DNA of 12,823 nucleotides from Phycisphaerae bacterium (GTDB lineage: Bacteria; Planctomycetota; Phycisphaerae; UBA1845; Fen-1342), in NCBI GenBank assembly GCA_050115495.1, contig JASFQK010000067.1, forward strand, positions 1 through 12,823, read 5' to 3'. Positions 8,037 to 12,823 of this stretch are shown one piece after another. The position numbers and the translations under genes were made by a program. Within the stretch, counting starts at the first letter, position 1. Every line of letters begins with the position of its first letter. The notes under the pieces were generated by a model. It was given only the letters and a program-made list of their open reading frames with translations, was not told where the DNA came from and searched no databases.

Positions 8037-8071
8037 CTCCGTCAGGCCGCCGTCTCCCGAGCAGCGAACGC

Positions 8072-9328
8072 CGCCGAATTGAAAAGGCGGTGTATGATTG
8101 GGATAGCGGTCAGTGGGAGGCCACGCCGACGGAGGTCCGCCGGTTCGTGTGGAGCGGCTGGCTGATGCTGTTGGAGCTGGATGGCAGCGACGACGTGGTC
8201 CGTAAATACACGTGGGGAATGGACTTGGCGGGTGTAGCGTCCGGTCTCCGTGCCGGACGTCTGGAATCCGCCGGCGGGATCGGCGGGCTGCTGGCCGTCC
8301 ACGACGCCGACTTGGAAGACGACTACGTGTACCTCTACGACGCGACCGGCAACGTCGGGCAGCTCGTGGACCTCGCCGCGGCGACGGTGACCGCCGCCCT
8401 CGTGGCGAAGTATGAGTACGACCCCTACGGCGCGGTCGTCACTCAGTCCGGCGACTACGCCGCCGCGAACCCCTTCCGCTTCAGCACCAAGTACTGGGAC
8501 GATGAGACGGGATTGGGCTACTGGCCCGCACGCTACTACGACCCGAGGACGGGACGGTGGATGAGCCGTGATCCTATGGGGGAGGAAGGCGGGCTGAACC
8601 TGTACGTGAACGGCATGAACAGTCCGACAATGGTTGTCGACGCCCTCGGCCTCGCCCCTGATCCCGCCGTCCTTGAATGCAGAGCGTACTGGCGGGACGG
8701 ATATCTCCAGCCCTTCCTGGCCATCCGCAATCTGCGAGATGCCGCGACCCAGCGGATCGCGCAGCACAGGGAGGATATACGCACGAACTGGCGAGCTTAT
8801 GAAGCTGGTGATATCACTTGGGAGAAATACAAGGCGACAGTCGACCCCATACTCGATGCGTTAGGCGACGATTTGCGGTTGAAGGAGGAGTCGGCAGGTG
8901 AGTTGGGGGAGTCCTTTGAAACTGCGGCTTTTGCCAAGTGGATGGTATTGACAGGCTGTGACTGCGGGAACCTGCGCAGCGCGACAACGGCTTGGCGAAA
9001 CAGGAAAGTAGTTGGAAGGGCGGCTGCGGCCTACCGAGCCGTATTGGAGATCATAGGCAAACCAGGTAAGAGCGCTACCAAGATCCTAAAGATGCTTCGC
9101 AAATTGAGGGCGGCGCGGAAAGAGGGTGCGCTAGATCGACTGCTGCGTGCTGATTTCAACAGTAAGATCAACAGCTGCTGCATGGACTCCATAGGCAGCC
9201 AGGGAACCCAAGTGAACTCTTTGTGGGATGTGTGGATAAACCGGCCCACAATCGACACTCTGTGCACAGAAGCAGACGAGGACTACTTCCACGTAGATTC
9301 TTGTTGGCCTCACGAGGAAGAAAAATGA
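8072..9328 (+). CDS. Orphan Rhs core fragment (no native start) + CT5 (~8654-9325, largely helical-looking, unknown function)
   Basis: Core homology begins at ~8072 (CGCCGAATTGAAAAGGCG = RRIEKA). The core ends RDPMGEEGGLNLY...VDALGL, followed by a unique 224-aa CT. Confidence 0.9.
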   Translation, partial: RRIEKAVYDWDSGQWEATPTEVRRFVWSGWLMLLELDGSDDVVRKYTWGMDLAGVASGLRAGRLESAGGIGGLLAVHDADLEDDYVYLYDATGNVGQLVDLAAATVTAALVAKYEYDPYGAVVTQSGDYAAANPFRFSTKYWDDETGLGYWPARYYDPRTGRWMSRDPMGEEGGLNLYVNGMNSPTMVVDALGLAPDPAVLECRAYWRDGYLQPFLAIRNLRDAATQRIAQHREDIRTNWRAYEAGDITWEKYKATVDPILDALGDDLRLKEESAGELGESFETAAFAKWMVLTGCDCGNLRSATTAWRNRKVVGRAAAAYRAVLEIIGKPGKSATKILKMLRKLRAARKEGALDRLLRADFNSKINSCCMDSIGSQGTQVNSLWDVWINRPTIDTLCTEADEDYFHVDSCWPHEEEK

Positions 9329-9484
9329 GTGTGCTCCGTACGTGACTCGGCATCGCTTCTAGTCTCCGGAGCGTTGTCTGTCGCAATCGGCCGCAATGGT
9401 GGCGTCTTGTGGACCAAGGCATGTCGGAAGCCATGCTGTCTTGACGCGTGGTGCGGCCGGCGGCGCCACAACCAGTGACGGTAG

Positions 9485-10474
9485 ATGGCTCAGATGAAAA
9501 GGGCACACCCTCCACGGTACTGGCGAAAATACGTTCTGCTGGGAGCCACCGTGGCCGTTGCGTTTACTGCCGTACTCTCGCTCGCAGTTGACGTATCATA
9601 CGAAGGGGATCCGTTCTCCGTGCGTGTGAATGGGGCCACCGTGTACGTGTGGTGGGCGCCGCGGGACGGAACGCCTGAACCGTGGCACGGCTGGTCCGTT
9701 AGTGTTTTCTGGGAGCGCCCGAAGTGGTGGGTATACGGCCAGGTGAGCCAACCTGACTATTTCGGCTGGGTGCCGTTGTGGATACCGATACTGGCCCTGG
9801 GCGCCCCAACCGCAGCCGTCTGGGTTCGCGACCGCCGGCGACCCGGGCACTGCATCTTCTGCGGCTATGATCTCACCGGCAACGTGACGGGACGCTGTCC
9901 CGAGTGTGCAACGCCCGTTCGCGTCGACGGCCAGGCACCGGTGTGGAGCTGGCTTGCCCGCTTGTGGTCGTCACTGCGCGTCCTGCTGAATGTGGCTTGC
10001 GGGCAGGCGACGTATGTGGGCTCAGGCGGCACGGTGGCTCGGCTCGCGTTGATCATCGTCTGGCACTGGGTTCTTCTGCCGGCCACACAGGGCCTCGTTC
10101 ACGGACTTTCTCTCCTGAACGAGCACGGCGCGGCCTCGCCCCCCGCTCTGGACGAGGCTATTCTGGCATCGTTCATCGACGGATTGGCGGCCCCGCTGAC
10201 TCACACAGGGCTTGGGCTGATACTCGTCGAAGGTGTTCTCTGCTGGTTCGCGTTTCGATTCCTGACACCGCCATCGGCACGGCGGTTCGGGGCGTACGTC
10301 CTGGCGTGGTGGCGCGCCTGTCTGTGGGGCATACTGGTGCTGCCTGCCCTCTGCATCATGATCCGTACTGTCTCAGGCGATCAGGACACCGCAATGAGGG
10401 GCGTATTGCTTTGGCTCCTTCTCGCGCCGGTGCTCACCTGGCGCACCGGCTGTGGTCTCCGCAAACCCGTCTAG
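9485..10474 (+). CDS. Multi-pass membrane protein with a central Zn-ribbon (CxxC...CPEC); possible immunity protein for CT5
   Basis: Several hydrophobic segments and the motif [12 protein letters not shown]...[28 protein letters not shown], a type I recognise from planctomycete membrane proteins. It lies 156 nt after the CT5 stop, so it is not coupled. The start could be 9485 or 9494. Confidence 0.8.
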   Translation: MAQMKRAHPPRYWRKYVLLGATVAVAFTAVLSLAVDVSYEGDPFSVRVNGATVYVWWAPRDGTPEPWHGWSVSVFWERPKWWVYGQVSQPDYFGWVPLWIPILALGAPTAAVWVRDRRRPGHCIFCGYDLTGNVTGRCPECATPVRVDGQAPVWSWLARLWSSLRVLLNVACGQATYVGSGGTVARLALIIVWHWVLLPATQGLVHGLSLLNEHGAASPPALDEAILASFIDGLAAPLTHTGLGLILVEGVLCWFAFRFLTPPSARRFGAYVLAWWRACLWGILVLPALCIMIRTVSGDQDTAMRGVLLWLLLAPVLTWRTGCGLRKPV

Positions 10475-10495
10475 ACAGGCAGGTGCGAGTTGCGC

Positions 10496-10585
10496 GAGGA
10501 TGACGACATCTACCTCTACGACGCCCAGGGCAACGTGGGGCAGGTGGTCGGCTGGGCCGACGACTTCGGCGGGACCAGTGGCTAG
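10496..10585 (+). pseudogene. Relic of a sixth Rhs core
   Basis: Translates as EDDDIYLYDAQGNVGQVVGWADDFGGTSG*. Compare core 1 (EDDYVYLYDANGNVGQLLAWESGYGGANG) and core 3 (YDANGNVGQVVAWESGYGGTTG). No start codon and no CT. Confidence 0.85.
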
Positions 10586-10619
10586 GAATGCAAGCGCCGC
10601 GCAATCCCCACGCGACGTT

Positions 10620-10637
10620 GCGCGGAGCGCTCCGCGC
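10620..10637. repeat. Perfect 18-bp palindrome GCGCGGAGCGCTCCGCGC near the att site
   Basis: Self-reverse-complementary; extends to 10617-10640 with one G:T pair. A second IR, TTCATCGCG-N5-CGCGATGAA, is at 10680-10702. Confidence 0.75.
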
Positions 10638-10729
10638 GACCCGTTGTAAACCGCCGCGAATTTTGCTAACTTCGCGATGTTCATCGCGGCTGGCGCGATG
10701 AAAAACGCGGTTTGCCGCCGCCTGCCGTC

Positions 10730-10772
10730 CCTTCTAAGCCGCGGGTCGCAGGTTCGACTCCTGCCGGGCGCG
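10730..10772 (+). tRNA. 3' fragment of tRNA-Arg(UCU), non-functional; probable att site
   Basis: Anticodon loop CTTCTAA (10731-37), 3' anticodon stem GCCGC, variable loop GGGTC, T-arm GCAGG-TTCGACT-CCTGC, acceptor 3' strand CGGGCGC and discriminator G. There is no D-arm or GCGCCCG 5' strand upstream. Confidence 0.85.
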
Positions 10773-11018
10773 TTCATAACCAATGATAGAATCTGGTCTT
10801 ACGATTCTGCGCCGGGCGGGCTGGCCGGCGCCGGCGGCGATGCGACAGGGGGTAACCTTCGGCTCGCCGGACTGTCTCCTCTCGTATAGCACTCAGGCGC
10901 TGGGCCCGACATCTCCGACGCGGGACAGCCAGAGTGTTTGCTGACCACCCGTAGAATACGGACGACCCCGGCGGTTGCGGTCTGCTGGCGGTCATGCGGT
11001 GTGGACATCTCGTTGCCT

Positions 11019-11023
11019 GGAGG
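11019..11023 (+). promoter_or_regulatory. Shine-Dalgarno site for the 11031 ATG
   Basis: GGAGG lies 7 nt upstream of ATG 11031. Confidence 0.7.
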
Positions 11024-11030
11024 AATCACC

Positions 11031-12191
11031 ATGTACGCAGGTCGGTTGGATTCTGGTCGGTGTCTTACGTGGGCCGTCTTCTGCGTTGCCCTGTCCAGCG
11101 TGGTCCTCATGGCCGGCTGTCCGCTGGTGGGACTACTCTCCATGCTGCTGGCCGATGCTCCGCCGTACAGGATCGTTGGCACGGACGGCGATCGACTGCT
11201 CTTCGTCGAGCAGGCCGGAGTCGACGAGTTGCAGGCGATGGCGGACGGGGAACCGCCGGAGGCACGCGACCTGCGGGCGGTCGACGTGGGTACGCTGGCG
11301 GCCGAGACCGTCCTGCCGGACGTCGTCGCCTTCGGCCAGGACATCGCCGCCAACGGGGACTGGCTGGCCTGGATCGACTGGGCAGGCGAGGTCGTGCGCG
11401 TTCGCGCCCTGGGCACAGGCGCGGAGTCCTCCTACTACGAGGGGCAGGTGGCCTTCGACGACGAGTGGGCGCTGTACAAGATTGCCGACGACCGGCTGAT
11501 TATTCAGAGGCTCACCGGGATCACGATTGAAGATCGGCAATATGAGTTCATCGTGCTGGACCTCCTGACCGGCGAGGACAAGCACGTGGCCGGTTGCTGG
11601 GGCTACGGTACGTTTGCCATCGACGGCGACTATCTCGCCTTCATGACGAACGAGGCCACCGATGTGGAGGTGCTCGGCCTCGAGCTGGCGACCAACATCG
11701 ACCTCGTCAACCTCGCCACGGACGAGCGGCAGACCGTCGCGCCCGACCTGCGCGTCTCGGGCGACGGCTACGCGATCGACCTGCTCATCGACGGTGGCCG
11801 GGTCATCTGGCAGCAGTTCAAGCCGGGCGGCTTCCAGTCGCAGATCAACAGCTACGACATCGCCGCCGGCACGACCAGCACCCTGGCCGACAATATCAAT
11901 CCGTCAAACGGCGACCGATGGCTTCACGATGTGAGCGGTGAGCGGTTGCTGCTCGAGCTGCGAACGGGCAACGCCCTGGTGAACGAGGTCGTTTCGCTCG
12001 AGCTCCGCACGGTCGGTGGCGATACCGTGACCATAGTCGAGTTCCCCGGTTCGTTCGAGCAACGGCCATCGTACGATCCGGAGCCGCGCTTCATCGGCGA
12101 CTTCGTCGTTTGGACCGATCCATACTCGGGCGAGTTCGTCGTCTACGATCCGGCGACGGGCACGACGCAGCGCTACGACCCGGGGGCGTAG
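11031..12191 (+). CDS. Predicted lipoprotein with beta-propeller-like repeats (386 aa)
   Basis: SD-supported ATG rather than TTG 10938. Hydrophobic signal ending LMAG-C-P. Repeated blades: AANGDWLAWID, IADDRLIIQ, AIDGDYLAFM, LIDGGRVIWQ, DVSGERLLLE, FIGDFVVWTD, each followed by a DL/YD-xTG-type turn. Strong GC3 bias. Confidence 0.85.
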   Translation: MYAGRLDSGRCLTWAVFCVALSSVVLMAGCPLVGLLSMLLADAPPYRIVGTDGDRLLFVEQAGVDELQAMADGEPPEARDLRAVDVGTLAAETVLPDVVAFGQDIAANGDWLAWIDWAGEVVRVRALGTGAESSYYEGQVAFDDEWALYKIADDRLIIQRLTGITIEDRQYEFIVLDLLTGEDKHVAGCWGYGTFAIDGDYLAFMTNEATDVEVLGLELATNIDLVNLATDERQTVAPDLRVSGDGYAIDLLIDGGRVIWQQFKPGGFQSQINSYDIAAGTTSTLADNINPSNGDRWLHDVSGERLLLELRTGNALVNEVVSLELRTVGGDTVTIVEFPGSFEQRPSYDPEPRFIGDFVVWTDPYSGEFVVYDPATGTTQRYDPGA

Positions 12192-12356
12192 CCGGGTTGG
12201 CGGCGGCCAAGAGCCGGCAGGTCGCGCGCGAGAACCGGGGTTCAAGAATCTCATGTTCGCGCGCGCCGCAAATGAGACTCTTGGCGGCGTGCGGGCGGCC
12301 GTCGCGTGCTGCGGGCAGGGCTGGGTTGGGCGAGCGCGTGTTGGGCATTTGGGGGA

Positions 12357-12405
12357 AGCCATCAGCCATTAGCCGTCAGCCTTCAGCAATAAGCCGTAAG
12401 CCGTA
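12357..12405. repeat. Heptamer tandem repeat, 7 x AGC(C/A)NTN
   Basis: AGCCATC AGCCATT AGCCGTC AGCCTTC AGCAATA AGCCGTA AGCCGTA. Confidence 0.85.
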
Positions 12406-12436
12406 GCGGCCGGTCTCCGTGCCGGCCGTCTTGGGA

Positions 12437-12523
12437 GTGTGGCATGCTGAAGCCTTAGGCGCCGGCATGTCTTTGCCTGGCGTCGGGAAGAACATGCCGG
12501 CGCTGCGCTTCGGCATGCCACAC
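12437..12523. repeat. 87-nt nested inverted repeat, REP/MITE-like palindromic element
   Basis: Outer arms GTGTGGCATGCTGAAGC (12437-53) and GCTTCGGCATGCCACAC (12507-23) match at 16/17 plus one G:T. Inner arms GCGCCGGCATGT (12459-70) and ACATGCCGGCGC (12492-503) match at 12/12. Confidence 0.8.
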
Positions 12524-12600
12524 AGGCGGGAGCGTGCCACACACGTCATCGTCACTGTTCAGTATAGGACACGAAGACGCGTGGTGACGGACGGGCGGGA

Positions 12601-12650
12601 GAGATTGGCGGATTCTGGCGCGTTCTGGCGGATTCTGGCGCGGATTGCGC
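12601..12650. repeat. 10-bp tandem repeat (NNTTCTGGCG x3 plus degenerate flanks)
   Basis: GAGATTGGCG GATTCTGGCG CGTTCTGGCG GATTCTGGCG CGGATTGCGC. Confidence 0.7.
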
Positions 12651-12823
12651 GGGCCATGTTTGCCTGGCCTACTACTTCTTCTTCGCCCACAATCGCCGCC
12701 AGAAGGTGGGTTTCGGCGGCGTCGCCGGAACCGGGTGTTCTTCCTGCTTCCACGCCGCATAGCGCGACACTACGTACTCGCCGGCGGCGAAAACGACCGC
12801 CCGAACCAGCCGGGCCCAGGCTT

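Larger units (their letters stand above)
1..8575 (+). repeat. Five dispersed direct repeats of the Rhs core 3' segment (~1-590, ~1938-2420, ~3780-4502, ~6021-6750, ~8072-8575)
   Basis: Long near-identical nucleotide blocks occur in all five copies, e.g. TTCGTGTGGAGCGG(C/T)TGGCTGATGCTG and AACCCCTTCCGCTTCAGCAC(G/C)AAGTACTGGGACGA. Identity ends around the RDP/HDP codons. Confidence 0.95.
1..10772. mobile_element. Right end of a putative tRNA-Arg-integrated genomic island carrying the Rhs array
   Basis: Inferred from the displaced tRNA 3' half starting at the anticodon loop and from the accessory toxin content to its left. No integrase or left junction is in the window. Confidence 0.55.

Noticed and set aside
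1..8575. Diversity-generating retroelement TR/VR pairs, prompted by three A/G differences in TTGNQ versus TAGDR
   Set aside because: Most other inter-core differences are synonymous C/T/G changes or block swaps, not adenine-specific. There is no reverse transcriptase in the window.
208..8767. Alternative-frame and antisense ORFs over the cores (e.g. 208-615, 2054-2416, 4097-4516, 1600-2313, 8042-8767)
   Set aside because: Arg/Gly/Pro-rich shadow ORFs caused by high-GC3 coding in the Rhs frame. They recur only because the core recurs.
1397..10600. Integron cassette array or CRISPR array
   Set aside because: No shared attC-like site at the junctions and no short regularly spaced repeats. The repeats are 0.5-0.7 kb coding Rhs cores.
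10698..10775. Intact tRNA-Arg gene
   Set aside because: The 5' acceptor strand (expected GCGCCCG), the D-arm and the 5' anticodon stem are absent. Only the 3' half is present.
10784..10792. Extended -10 promoter-like TGATAGAAT (also TAGAAT at 10952-57)
   Set aside because: Plausible, but there is no supporting -35 or transcript evidence, so it is not called.
10938..11030. TTG start at 10938 for the lipoprotein gene
   Set aside because: ATG 11031 has a good SD and puts the signal peptide and lipobox at the N-terminus.
12110..12760. Short ORFs after the lipoprotein gene (12110-12406, 12455-12760, 12559-12753)
   Set aside because: They are translations of repeats and palindromes with no protein-like composition or SD.

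Overview
Positions 1 to ~10.6 kb are a co-oriented (+ strand) Rhs polymorphic-toxin array. Five cassettes each carry a near-identical, GC-rich Rhs-core 3' fragment, the Rhs autocleavage motif (DPxG-type), a distinct Cys-containing C-terminal toxin (CT) and a downstream gene. For cassettes 1-4 that gene is tightly coupled and is the presumptive immunity gene. A ~90-bp relic of a sixth core follows. The array ends at the 3' half of a tRNA-Arg(UCU) that starts exactly at the anticodon loop (10730-10772), the classic att signature of an integrative element. Beyond it lie a beta-propeller lipoprotein gene (11031-12191) and a repeat- and palindrome-rich intergenic region. Protein motifs suggest a Planctomycetota (Phycisphaerae-like) host, which is an inference. 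The most notable points are five. (i) Every presumptive immunity protein is membrane-anchored or a lipoprotein, pointing to an envelope-targeting arsenal. (ii) CT2 and CT4 are diverged paralogues with 15 Cys each and a His...Cys permuted-papain-like motif, paired with paralogous pseudopilin-like immunity proteins. (iii) CT1 has colicin-M-like motifs. (iv) The Rhs core carries an internal dockerin-like insert. (v) The cores are combinatorial mosaics of loop alleles. All family assignments are by eye; no searches were run.
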